Assembly: GCA_964516705.1 (NCBI GenBank)
Contig: CAZEYV010000095.1
Location: 1 to 45,047, forward strand
Length of the DNA: 45,047 bases
Direction of reading: 5' to 3'
Source: an uncultured Chthoniobacter sp.
Lineage (GTDB): Bacteria > Verrucomicrobiota > Verrucomicrobiia > Chthoniobacterales > JACTMZ01
A model generated the notes under the pieces. It made no database searches. It had not been told where the DNA came from and was given only the letters and a program-made list of their open reading frames with translations. The first letter of the stretch is position 1, and each line of letters starts with the position of its first letter. The translations under genes and the position numbers were made by a program. This document shows, in pieces, positions 17,572 through 26,529 of this stretch.

Positions 17572-17877
17572 TCAATCCTCGTTGAACCGGCTGGCCACGA
17601 GTTCCTCGATTTCCTTGAGGAATTTTTCGGCATCGTTGCCGGCCGCGCTGATCCTGATTTTCGACCCGTGGCCGGCGGCGAGCATCATGAGGCCCATGAT
17701 CGACTTGCCGTTGACTTCCTCGCCGTCCTTTTCCACCCACACCTCGGCTTTGAAACGGTTCGAGGTCTTGACGAACATGGCGGCCGGGCGGGCGTGGAGC
17801 CCGTAGCGGTTGAGGATGACCAGTTCGCGCGTCAGGCGTTGGCCCGCGGCGGACGATTTTTTGGCGAGAATCCCCAT
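17572..17877 (-). CDS. ptsH: Phosphocarrier protein HPr
   Basis: The GLHARPA (His15 site) and NGKSIMGLM (Ser46 site) motifs are both present. About 14 extra N-terminal residues. It starts 1 nt after the hprK stop. Confidence 0.88.
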   Translation of the reverse strand: MGILAKKSSAAGQRLTRELVILNRYGLHARPAAMFVKTSNRFKAEVWVEKDGEEVNGKSIMGLMMLAAGHGSKIRISAAGNDAEKFLKEIEELVASRFNED

Positions 17878-17878
17878 G

Positions 17879-18841
17879 TCAGTTTTTGGCTTCCATCATC
17901 TTGATCAGCCGCTCGTTGAATTCCAGCGCGCTGTTCATCCCGTGCGACTTGAGTTTGTGGTCGAGGGCGGCGACTTCGACCAGGTGACCGAGGTCGCGCC
18001 CCATGCGGACGGGGATAATAACATGGGGCACCGCGATGCCAAGGATCTTGTAGGTCTGGCGTTGGAGCCCGTGGCGGTCGATGTCGTCCATTTCCCGCCA
18101 GTCTTCGAGGGTGACCACGAGGTCGAGGGATTTCTCGGTGCGGATGCTGCTGACCCCGAAAATGGCGGCCACGTTGATGATGCCGATGCCGCGCACCTCC
18201 ATGTGGAATCGGGTCAGGTCGGCCGAAGAGCCGATGAGTTCGCGGTTCTCGACGGACCGGAAACGGGTGATGTCGTCGCTGACCAGACTGTAGCCGCGTT
18301 CGAGGAGGCTGAGGACGCACTCGCTTTTGCCGATGCCGCTGGCCCCGCGGATGAGCGTGCCGATGCCGAGGATGTCGACCATGCTGCCGTGCTCGCTGCG
18401 GCGGGGGGCGAACTCGAATTCCAGCGCGATGGTCGCGGCGTTGATGAACTTCATGGTGATCATCGGCGTGCGGAACACGGGCACCCCGGCCTGGTTGGCC
18501 AGTTTGATCACCATGGGAGGCACCTTGGCCTGGCGGGCCACGACCAGGCAGGGGATGGTGCAACCGAAGAACCGGCGGAGGCGCGCGGTGCGTTCGGTGG
18601 GGGACAAGCTTTTGAGGTAGCTCAACTCGGCGCTGCCGAAGACCTGCACGCGTTTCGGGGCAAAGTAGCTGAAGAACCCGGAGAGGGCCAACCCGGGGCG
18701 GTTGACCGTGGGTTCGCGGATGATCCGGTCGAGCCCGCTTTCGCCGGCCACCAGTTCGAGGCCGAGGGTCCCGGCGTGCTTGCGGTGGAAATCACCGACG
18801 CTGATCGTCCGTGCTGTGGTCTTCGCGGGCACGCGGTTCAC
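17879..18841 (-). CDS. hprK: HPr kinase/phosphorylase
   Basis: GTG start at 18841 overlaps the lptB stop (GTGA). P-loop GASGIGKSE, plus LVSDD and EVRGIGIINV. The upstream part of the tracked 758-aa ORF is discounted. Confidence 0.9.
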   Translation of the reverse strand: MNRVPAKTTARTISVGDFHRKHAGTLGLELVAGESGLDRIIREPTVNRPGLALSGFFSYFAPKRVQVFGSAELSYLKSLSPTERTARLRRFFGCTIPCLVVARQAKVPPMVIKLANQAGVPVFRTPMITMKFINAATIALEFEFAPRRSEHGSMVDILGIGTLIRGASGIGKSECVLSLLERGYSLVSDDITRFRSVENRELIGSSADLTRFHMEVRGIGIINVAAIFGVSSIRTEKSLDLVVTLEDWREMDDIDRHGLQRQTYKILGIAVPHVIIPVRMGRDLGHLVEVAALDHKLKSHGMNSALEFNERLIKMMEAKN

Positions 18842-19617
18842 ATCTGGAAGCTCTCGCCGAGATACAGCTTGCGGCTGACGGGATCGTCGAGGAGGAAATC
18901 CTTGCTGCCTTCGCTCTCCACGCGTCCCTCGAAGATGAGGTAGGCCCGGTCGACGATCGAGAGCGTCTCGCGGACATTGTGGTCGGTGATGAGGATGGCC
19001 AGTCCGGATTCGCGCAGGTTGGTCACGATCTGTTGGACGTCGAAGACGGCGATGGGATCGACGCCGCTGAACGGTTCGTCGAGCATGAGCAGGGATGGAC
19101 TGGTCACGAGGGAGCGCGCGATGGTCAGGCGGCGTTTCTCGCCGCCGCTCAGGGTGAGGGCCTCGTTTTTGGCGATGTGCTCGATGCCGAACTGCTGGAG
19201 GAGTTCCTCGCATCGGGCTTTGCGCTGGGCTTTGGACATCTTGGTCGTCTCGAGGACGGCCATGATATTCTGCTCCACGGTGAGTTTGCGGAAGATCGAT
19301 TCTTCCTGCGGCAGGTAGCCCATGCCGGCACGGGCACGCTGGTACATTGGCATGCCGGTGACGTCCTTCCCTTCGAAAAAAACGCGGCCGGAGTTGGGCC
19401 GGACGAGGCCGACGATCATGTAGAAGCTGGTTGTCTTGCCCGCGCCGTTCGGCCCGAGCAGTCCGACGATTTCGCCGCGTTTGACGTTGATGTCCACGCC
19501 GTTGACCACGGCACGGCCGCCGTAGATTTTGACCAGCTTGTCGGTTTGCAGGAGCGGTTTCTCCCGCTCGGGTCCGCGTGAAGTCCGCGGTTCGGCCTCG
19601 GGCGCGGCGGTGCTCAT
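18838..19617 (-). CDS. lptB: LPS export ABC transporter ATP-binding protein
   Basis: Walker A GPNGAGKTT, signature LSGGEKRR, Walker B LLMLDEP, and the C-terminal YLGESF typical of LptB. ATG 19617 makes an ATGA overlap with the lptA stop. Confidence 0.9.
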   Translation of the reverse strand: MSTAAPEAEPRTSRGPEREKPLLQTDKLVKIYGGRAVVNGVDINVKRGEIVGLLGPNGAGKTTSFYMIVGLVRPNSGRVFFEGKDVTGMPMYQRARAGMGYLPQEESIFRKLTVEQNIMAVLETTKMSKAQRKARCEELLQQFGIEHIAKNEALTLSGGEKRRLTIARSLVTSPSLLMLDEPFSGVDPIAVFDVQQIVTNLRESGLAILITDHNVRETLSIVDRAYLIFEGRVESEGSKDFLLDDPVSRKLYLGESFQM

Positions 19618-20186
19618 CAAAATCCGCCGGCTCCCTCGGTGTCGGTGATAACCGTGCGGCTGGCCCCTTCGGTGGTGGCGCGGCCGTCGCGGTTGAGGAC
19701 CATGCGGGTGCTCTCGTTGGCGGCGATGTGGCGGTTGATGCCCTGCTGGATTTCCGGCCAGCCGGAAAGCGTGACCACGCCGGTCGACGGGACGTATTCC
19801 GCGCGGCGCGAGCGGCCCACCGCGCCTTTTTCGCCGCCGCTGGTCTGCTGGACGATGACCACATTGCCCTCGGCCACGGCGCGGTCGATGCCGGAGCGGC
19901 CTTTGTTGAGGAAAACGGTGAGGCGGTCGGCGCTGAGCAGGAAGGCGGCATCTTTGACCCGGACGCCGCCGACGAAGTCGGCGCGGTTTTCCTTTTCGTT
20001 GAAGGTCGCTTCCCGCTCCGCCGAGATTTCCGTTTTGCTTCCTTTCGGGCGGTCTTTGGAGAGGCCTCCGAAACCGAGGGGGTCTTTGCGGGAGGGGGTG
20101 GCTTCGCCCGTGCGCATTTGCTGGGCGCAAGCGGGTGCGGCGGCCAGGGCCGCACCGAGCAACAAAATCAGGGACAGGATCCTCAT
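19617..20186 (-). CDS. lptA: LptA-like periplasmic LPS transport protein (OstA N-terminal-like fold)
   Basis: Signal peptide MRILSLILLLGAALAAAPACA. Repetitive beta-jellyroll pattern (FVGGVRVKDAAFLLSADRLTVFL..AVAEGNVVIV). Position between lptC and lptB supports the call. Confidence 0.65.
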   Translation of the reverse strand: MRILSLILLLGAALAAAPACAQQMRTGEATPSRKDPLGFGGLSKDRPKGSKTEISAEREATFNEKENRADFVGGVRVKDAAFLLSADRLTVFLNKGRSGIDRAVAEGNVVIVQQTSGGEKGAVGRSRRAEYVPSTGVVTLSGWPEIQQGINRHIAANESTRMVLNRDGRATTEGASRTVITDTEGAGGF

Positions 20187-20668
20187 GGCGCGGCGGCTTC
20201 CTCCATCTGCGAGATGGTCATGGAAACAGGCCCAAGTATACGGCTGGAACGGGTATTGGAATCAAACTCCAATTGGCTGCCGGTGATCTGGAAAGTTTCG
20301 CCACGGATGACCGCCCGGTTCTCGCTGGTCAACAAATTGGTGTCGCGGTCGAAGACGGCGCGGTCGAGCACCACTTCCATGGCGGGCTTGTCGGCGGATT
20401 CGTCGAAAATTTCGATGCGCAGGCCTTGGAAGCTGAACTTTGTCTCGCTGGCCCGTTCGGCCGAATCGGCGTTGAGGCGCAGGCTCAATTTGTCCCCACC
20501 CTTTTCGTAGTGCGGAAGCCGGATTCCGCGCACGCTCTGGCCGATGGCCACCGGGATTTCGATCCCCGCGGCGGCAGGTGCGGCTTCCGGTTCGGCTGTC
20601 TTTTCCTCCGCCCGGGCCAAGGCCGGCGCCATGAGCAGGGCGGTGGTGAGAAGCAGGCTACAGCGCAT
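20183..20668 (-). CDS. lptC: LptC-like protein
   Basis: ATG 20668 gives an N-terminal anchor (MRCSLLLTTALLMAPALA) followed by a beta-rich domain. Called mainly from synteny upstream of lptA-lptB. It overlaps the kdsA 3' end by 11 nt. Confidence 0.5.
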   Translation of the reverse strand: MRCSLLLTTALLMAPALARAEEKTAEPEAAPAAAGIEIPVAIGQSVRGIRLPHYEKGGDKLSLRLNADSAERASETKFSFQGLRIEIFDESADKPAMEVVLDRAVFDRDTNLLTSENRAVIRGETFQITGSQLEFDSNTRSSRILGPVSMTISQMEEAAAP

Positions 20669-21473
20669 GACGGACAGCCAGGAGTTTGCGCAGAACGGCA
20701 GGCAGGCGGGCAAGCGGTATTTGGTTGGGTCCGTCGGACGGCGCCCCGGCCGGATCTTCGTGCGTTTCGAGGAAAATGCCGTCCGCCCCGGCCGCCACGG
20801 CGGCGGCCGCCAGCACGGGGGCCAGTTTGCCGTCGCCGGTGGTGCGGTCGCCGCCGCCGCCGGGGCGCTGGACGGAGTGCGTCGCGTCGAAGACGACGGG
20901 AAACCCCTGTTCCTGAATCCACGGGATGGAACGCATGTCGGCCACCAGGTTGTTGTAGCCGAAGGTTGTGCCGCGTTCGGTGAAGAAAAAATTCCGGCAC
21001 CCGGACGCGCGGAGTTTTTTGGCGATGGGGGCGATTTCCCACGGCGAGAGGAATTGGCCTTTTTTCACGTTGACCGGCCGTCCGCTCGACCCGGCGGCGT
21101 GGATCAGGTCGGTCTGGCGGCAGAGAAAGGCGGGGATTTGCAGGAGATCGATATATTCGGCCGCGATGTCGACATCCTCCGGCGAGTGGACATCGGTGGT
21201 CACGGGAACGCCGAAGTCGCCGCGGATCTCCGCCAGGATGCGGCAACCCTCGCGCAATCCGGGGCCGCGGAAGGATGTGCCGGAGGTGCGGTTGGCCTTG
21301 TCGCACGAGGCTTTGAAAATGAAGGGGGTTTTCAGGGCCCGGGTGATTTTCACCAGCCGCGCGGCGGCGCGACGGGCGGACTTGGCGTCCTCCAGAACGC
21401 AAGGCCCGAGGATGAGCAGCAGACTCCGTCCGCCGACGGTGACGGGTCCGATTTTGCAAGGCTTGGTTTTCAT
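20658..21473 (-). CDS. kdsA: 3-deoxy-8-phosphooctulonate synthase
   Basis: 271 aa containing LILGPCVLE, FIFKASCDKANRTS, VTTDVH, VNVKKGQF and FDATHSVQ, all typical of KdsA. Confidence 0.92.
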   Translation of the reverse strand: MKTKPCKIGPVTVGGRSLLLILGPCVLEDAKSARRAAARLVKITRALKTPFIFKASCDKANRTSGTSFRGPGLREGCRILAEIRGDFGVPVTTDVHSPEDVDIAAEYIDLLQIPAFLCRQTDLIHAAGSSGRPVNVKKGQFLSPWEIAPIAKKLRASGCRNFFFTERGTTFGYNNLVADMRSIPWIQEQGFPVVFDATHSVQRPGGGGDRTTGDGKLAPVLAAAAVAAGADGIFLETHEDPAGAPSDGPNQIPLARLPAVLRKLLAVRHAL

Positions 21474-21513
21474 CAGCGGGCGGCGGCAAGGCTACACGCG
21501 ACGTCCGGTCGAG

Positions 21514-22797
21514 TCATGGCACAAATTGCTCCACGAGTTCCGCAGTTCTGGCCGTGGCTCCCTGATGCGCCCGGAGGGCGGCGGCGGCGGCGCGGGTCAT
21601 GGCCTCGCGTTGGTCCGGAGACGCGAGAAGGGTTGCTGCCGCCTCCGCGAGCGAACCGGCATCGCGGACCTCCCGCGCACCGCCGCTTGCGAGCAAGGCG
21701 TCGCGCAGGCTGGAGAAGTTTTCCATGCTCGGACCGAAGAGCACGGGCCGTCCGGCGAGGATGGCCTCCACCGGATTCTGACCACCTCGCCCCGCAAGGC
21801 TTTTGCCGATGAAGACGACATCCGCGCAGGCATACCAATCGCGCAATTCGCCGGTTGTATCGAGGAGAAGGACATCGGGTGCGGTGCCATCGGGCTCCGT
21901 GGTGCGGCGTGCGGTCCGCAGTCCGGTCGGGGCGAGACGGGCCAGGACGTGGCCGGTCCGTTCGACATGGCGCGGCGCGATGACGAGCCGTGCTGCGGGG
22001 AAGCGGGCGCGCAATGCGAGCAGCGCGTCGGCCAGAATTTCCTCCTCGCCCTCGTGCGTGCTGCCGGCCAGCAGGACCGAATCGCCGGGGCGGAAGCCGA
22101 GGTGTCCGAGGAGCGGACGGAAATCGCGCGCCTCTCCGCGGGCCGCCGCGGGGTCGTATTTGACGCTGCCCGTGACGTGCCGCCGGTCCGGTCCGACGCC
22201 GAGATGCTCCCAGAGTTCGGCGTGCGCGGCTTCCTGGAGTCCGACGGCGGCGAGTCGTCGGGTCACCGGACGCAGCAGGCGGGCGAAGCGCCGGTAGCGC
22301 CGGGCCGAGCGCGGCGAGACACGAGCATTGACCAGCATGACGGGCAGGCCGCGGTCCGCCGCCTGCCAGACAAAGTTCGGCCACATTTCGCTCTCGGTCA
22401 GGATGACCGCGCGCGGTTGCACGAGGTCGAGGGCGCGGCGGACGACCGGCGCGAAATCGACAGGGGTGTAAACCGGCACCCACCAATCCTGTTGCCGCTT
22501 CACGGCGAGCGCATGGGCCGTCGAGGTGGTGCTCGAAACAACGAATTGCCATGCCGGGTTCCGGCGGTGCAATTCCTCGAGGAGTTTGAGGGCGATGAGC
22601 AACTCTCCCACGCTGACCGCGTGGACCCAGATCCATTCGCCGTGGCGGAAACGTTCGCGCAGGCCGGGCGCATACCGGGCGAAGCGCTGACCGAAGTCGC
22701 CGCGGAAGCCGCCGCGCCGGAACATCCTCCCGAGGTAGCCGGGGAGAACGACGACCAAGGCGAGGGGGAAAAGGAGATTGTAGAGGAAGCGCGTCAT
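21514..22797 (-). CDS. waaA: 3-deoxy-D-manno-octulosonic acid (Kdo) transferase
   Basis: ATG 22797 makes an ATGA overlap with the rsmD stop. The N-terminus LYNLLFPLALVVVLP..WVHAVSVGE and the overall GT30 pattern support the call. Confidence 0.88.
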   Translation of the reverse strand: MTRFLYNLLFPLALVVVLPGYLGRMFRRGGFRGDFGQRFARYAPGLRERFRHGEWIWVHAVSVGELLIALKLLEELHRRNPAWQFVVSSTTSTAHALAVKRQQDWWVPVYTPVDFAPVVRRALDLVQPRAVILTESEMWPNFVWQAADRGLPVMLVNARVSPRSARRYRRFARLLRPVTRRLAAVGLQEAAHAELWEHLGVGPDRRHVTGSVKYDPAAARGEARDFRPLLGHLGFRPGDSVLLAGSTHEGEEEILADALLALRARFPAARLVIAPRHVERTGHVLARLAPTGLRTARRTTEPDGTAPDVLLLDTTGELRDWYACADVVFIGKSLAGRGGQNPVEAILAGRPVLFGPSMENFSSLRDALLASGGAREVRDAGSLAEAAATLLASPDQREAMTRAAAAALRAHQGATARTAELVEQFVP

Positions 22798-23348
22798 GCC
22801 TCGGGCGTGCGGCGGTAGTAAGCAACCCAAGCCTGCCCGTAACGGCGGCTGCGGAGCAATGCCCAAGCCGCATTGCCGGGCGGGGGTTCGGCTGGCAGTT
22901 CGATGACGAAGAGCCCGCCGGGCGCGACGCCCCGTGCCAAGTCCGGGCCGGCCAGCAAGCTCGCCGGATGCGCGTGGTCGGATGTTTGCAGAGCGAACGG
23001 GGGATCGGCGAAGACGAGGTCGAAAGCGCCGGGTTCCACGCGGGCGACGAAGGCGGCGACATCTTGTCCGCGCACCGTGCCCTGCAATTTGGCGCGGACG
23101 AGATTGCCGCGGATTGTCTCCACGGCCTTGCGGTGACGGTCGACGAACACGCAGGAGGCGGCGCCGCGGCTGAGGGCTTCGAGGCCGAGGGCGCCGCTGC
23201 CGGAAAAAAGATCGAGCACGCGCGCGCCGGGCACGGCTTCGCCCAGGCTCGAGAAGACCGCGCCGCGCACACGATCCATCATGGGACGGGCAATGCCGTC
23301 CGGGCAGTCGAGGCGCAGACCGCCCGCGCTACCGGCGATGACGCGCAT
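22794..23348 (-). CDS. rsmD: 16S rRNA (guanine966-N2)-methyltransferase
   Basis: MRVIAGSAGG, DRVRGAVFS, LDLFSGSGALGLEALSRGA and FADPPF motifs. Confidence 0.85.
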   Translation of the reverse strand: MRVIAGSAGGLRLDCPDGIARPMMDRVRGAVFSSLGEAVPGARVLDLFSGSGALGLEALSRGAASCVFVDRHRKAVETIRGNLVRAKLQGTVRGQDVAAFVARVEPGAFDLVFADPPFALQTSDHAHPASLLAGPDLARGVAPGGLFVIELPAEPPPGNAAWALLRSRRYGQAWVAYYRRTPEA

Positions 23349-23350
23349 GG

Positions 23351-24727
23351 TCAGGGGTTCCCGAGGAAGTTGAGGAAAAACTCACCGATCTTTCCACCCA
23401 CGCCCCCGCCGAGCAGGCGCGAGGCGAGGTTGCTTTCCGGCTTCTCGAGGGTGCCGGTGACTTTGAACGGGACGGCACGGTAGCCGGGCAGTTCGCCGTC
23501 GCCCGCGGCGGGCCATTCCCGGCCGGTGCGTTCGGCCAGTTGTGCGGCGGACTTCGGGGCGAGGAGCAGGCGTCCGGTGAGGTCGAGTTTGCCGGCGCGC
23601 GTCACGGTGCCGCGCATTTCTATGGCGAGGTCCTCGGCGCGCAGCCACAGTGGCTCGACGTGGATGAAGTCGTCCTCGATGCGCAACTCGGCGCGGGCCG
23701 CCTGCAGGTCCATGCCGCGCAATTCGCGGATGCCGAGGGCGCGGCCGATTTCCTGCAAATGCGGCGGGGGCACCAGCTTGCCGCCGGACACGTCGAGCCG
23801 TCCGGTGCCCCGCACTTGCCGGTCCGGGGCATTGCGGCCGGAAAGATCGAGCCTTGCGGCCAGCAGACCCTCGAACTTCGTGCCGCCGAACGCGGCTGGC
23901 AGGCGGAGGTCGGCCAGGCGGAAGTCGTCGAGCTGCAACTGCCATTCGTAAGGGGACCCTTCCTTGCGCACGGCGATGCTGCCTTGTCCCGAGAGGCGCC
24001 CGCCCGAAATGTCGCCGCGGATTTCCGGGAGCGAGAGTTTGCCTTTTTGCAAGGTGAACGGACTGCCCAGATCACGTGCCACGATAACGCCGGCCACCAC
24101 GGCTTCGGGTACCTCGGCTTCGCCTTGCGCGTTGCCTTCCGCATCGATGGCGGCGCGCGCGGTGATGCCCTCGGCATCGAGCAGCGGCCAGGCGTCGCGG
24201 TTTTCGAAAAGGATGCGCGAACGGCGGATTTCCATGCCCTCGATGCGGATGCGGAACGGTTCGGCCACTTTCACCGCGGCGGTTTCCTCCGGCGCGGTCT
24301 CCGGCGTCGCTTTGTCGCGCGGCCGGGCGGCAGACCCGTCCGTTTGGCGCGGCAGGCGCCACCGGCCTTCCGGATTCTGCCGCCAGTTGAGGACAGCTTC
24401 CTTGAGGCAGAGGCTGCTCACGACAAACTCGCGGCGGAGGAGCGGCCGCAGGCGGAAGAGGATCTGGAATTCGGAGGCTTCAAGGAAATTGACCCCGGCA
24501 TTCTCCGTGTCCGGCACGACCAGGCCGCGCAAGCGGATGCCGTCCCACGGGGTGTAGACGGTGCTGCGGATATTGAGCGGCAGGCCGAGGGTCTCGAGCG
24601 CGCCCCGGCGCAGTTGTTCCTGCATGGCGGGCGATTGCAGGTGGAGGTTGAAGGCGATCACCGCGGCGGCGGCCAACGCGGCGAGAACCGCGAGCACAAT
24701 CAGACAAGGACGAAGGCAGCGCCGCAT
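23351..24727 (-). CDS. AsmA-like envelope biogenesis protein (N-terminal membrane anchor)
   Basis: In-frame ATG 24727 gives MRRCLRPCLIVLAVLAALAAAAVIAF as a TM anchor, followed by a long beta-rich periplasmic region with an AsmA-like character. The family call is tentative. Confidence 0.5.
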   Translation of the reverse strand: MRRCLRPCLIVLAVLAALAAAAVIAFNLHLQSPAMQEQLRRGALETLGLPLNIRSTVYTPWDGIRLRGLVVPDTENAGVNFLEASEFQILFRLRPLLRREFVVSSLCLKEAVLNWRQNPEGRWRLPRQTDGSAARPRDKATPETAPEETAAVKVAEPFRIRIEGMEIRRSRILFENRDAWPLLDAEGITARAAIDAEGNAQGEAEVPEAVVAGVIVARDLGSPFTLQKGKLSLPEIRGDISGGRLSGQGSIAVRKEGSPYEWQLQLDDFRLADLRLPAAFGGTKFEGLLAARLDLSGRNAPDRQVRGTGRLDVSGGKLVPPPHLQEIGRALGIRELRGMDLQAARAELRIEDDFIHVEPLWLRAEDLAIEMRGTVTRAGKLDLTGRLLLAPKSAAQLAERTGREWPAAGDGELPGYRAVPFKVTGTLEKPESNLASRLLGGGVGGKIGEFFLNFLGNP

Positions 24728-24814
24728 GGAAGCGGGCACTTTAGCGCGCGACGCGTTGATGCAAAGCGGGAAGCGTGCGTTGCCGGTGCGCGGCCGCGCT
24801 GGTAGGCTCCGCCG

Positions 24815-25561
24815 ATGGAGTCGCTGAAAGAGAAATTCCGGTTCGCCCCGGTCACGGTGTCCTTGGCTGCGGCCTGCGTGGCCGGCTACGTGCTGGAGGT
24901 TGCTTTTCTCGGCGTGGCCGGAGGTATCGATCTTTCCGGTTGGGCGCTGAGCGGGCAGGCGCTGGCGGCCGGACGTTGGTGGACGGTGGTCACCCATCTT
25001 TTCCTGCACGCCAATTTTTTGCATCTCATGGTCAACGTGCTCGCGCTGTGGTTTGTCGGACCCGAGGTGGAACTGATGCTCGGCCGGACGCGCTATCTCG
25101 TGCTCTATTTTCTCTCGGGGATAGCCGGCGGCTTGCTCCAGACGGCTTTCTCATCGCCCGCATTGGAACTGGTCGGGGCTTCCGGCGCGGTTTGCGGGGT
25201 GCTGCTCTCCTTCACCACGGCCCACCCCGAGTTGCCGTTGCGCGCGCTGCTTTTCTTCATCCTGCCCGTGAGCATGAAAGCGCGGACACTCGGGTGGGGT
25301 ATCATCATCGGTTCGCTGCTTTGCGCCGTTTTCCGCATCATGCCGCAGATCGGGCACCTGGCGCATCTGGGCGGTGCGGTCGCCGGGGCCTTGCTCACCC
25401 GTTGGTGGGCACCGGTCCCGCGTCCGCGCTACCCGTCGGCCGGACCGGCCCGCACGGAGGCCCTGCTGCAACGCGTCATGGATGAGGGCCTCGAGGGGTT
25501 GAGTCGCGACGAGCGCAAGGCGCTGGAGAAGCTGGCCGAGAAGCAACCGCGGCGCTGGTGA
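24815..25561 (+). CDS. Rhomboid family intramembrane serine protease
   Basis: WWTVVTHLFLHANFLHLMVN, the catalytic GASGAVCG and the later HLAHLGG. Six or more hydrophobic segments. Confidence 0.85.
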   Translation: MESLKEKFRFAPVTVSLAAACVAGYVLEVAFLGVAGGIDLSGWALSGQALAAGRWWTVVTHLFLHANFLHLMVNVLALWFVGPEVELMLGRTRYLVLYFLSGIAGGLLQTAFSSPALELVGASGAVCGVLLSFTTAHPELPLRALLFFILPVSMKARTLGWGIIIGSLLCAVFRIMPQIGHLAHLGGAVAGALLTRWWAPVPRPRYPSAGPARTEALLQRVMDEGLEGLSRDERKALEKLAEKQPRRW

Positions 25562-25579
25562 GTTGTCGCGTTCGTTCGC

Positions 25580-26476
25580 TCAGCGGGGTTGCAGCGGGAA
25601 GTCGGCCGGAACGGGCGCGGTGAATTCCAAGGGGAGGCCGGTGGTCGGGTGGACGACCGCGATCTTCCAGGCGTGCAGCAGTTGGCGGGCGAAGTCGGCC
25701 CCGCCGCCGTAGACCCGGTCGCCGGCGATGGGATGGCCCAAATGTTTCAGATGCACGCGGATCTGGTGGGTGCGGCCGGTTTTCGGACGGCACTGGAGGA
25801 GCGAGAGGTTTCCCGCCGATTCCAGCACGCGCCACGCGGTCTCGGCCTCGCGGGCTTCGGGCCGGCGGCTGACCGCCATGCGTTGGCGGTGCACGGGGTG
25901 GCGCGCGATGGCGCCGTGGACCGCACCGGCCGAGGCGCGGGGGCGTCCGCGGACCACCGCGAGGTAAGTTTTTTTCGCGGTGCGTTCGGCGAATTGCCGG
26001 GCGAGCGCGGCGTGGGCGGTATCGTTTTTCGCGACCAGGATGCAACCGCTGGTGTCCTTGTCGAGACGATGGACGATCCCCGGCCGCAGGGCGTGGCCGC
26101 CGGAAGAGACGCGGCCGCAGTGGTGGAGGATGGCGTTGACCAAGGTGCCTTGCCAGTGACCCGCGGCGGGATGGACAACGAGGCCGGGCGGCTTGTCCAG
26201 GCAAAGCAGGTCGTCGTCCTCGTGCAGGATGTCGAGCGGGATGTCCTCGGCCGCGGCCTGCACCGGTGGCGCCGCGGGCGGCGGCGGCACGGCCTCGACG
26301 CAGTCGCCCGGAGCCACGGAATCGGACCCGCGGGCGGTGGTGCCGTTCAATTTGACCAGGCCGGCGGCCAGCGCCTTTTGCCAGCGGGCGCGGCTGAGTT
26401 GCGGCCATTGCGTCGCGAGCCAGCGGTCGAGCCGCGCGGCGCGTTGCGACGCGGTGCAAGTGAGCGGTGTTTCCAT
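25580..26476 (-). CDS. RluA-family 23S rRNA pseudouridine synthase (RluD-like, with S4 domain)
   Basis: S4-like N-terminus (RLDRWLA), the catalytic HRLDKDTSG, and a C-terminal HQIRVH. Confidence 0.85.
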   Translation of the reverse strand: METPLTCTASQRAARLDRWLATQWPQLSRARWQKALAAGLVKLNGTTARGSDSVAPGDCVEAVPPPPAAPPVQAAAEDIPLDILHEDDDLLCLDKPPGLVVHPAAGHWQGTLVNAILHHCGRVSSGGHALRPGIVHRLDKDTSGCILVAKNDTAHAALARQFAERTAKKTYLAVVRGRPRASAGAVHGAIARHPVHRQRMAVSRRPEAREAETAWRVLESAGNLSLLQCRPKTGRTHQIRVHLKHLGHPIAGDRVYGGGADFARQLLHAWKIAVVHPTTGLPLEFTAPVPADFPLQPR

Positions 26477-26529
26477 GACGGGCCGCGGAAACGCTGGACG
26501 TTCCCGCGGCTCCGCGCAAGGTTTGCCGC

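Noticed and set aside
20968-23272. 616-aa (+) and 599-aa (-) ORFs overlapping kdsA/waaA/rsmD
   Set aside because: These are off-frame or antisense to recognised genes, with highly biased Arg/Pro/Ala composition.
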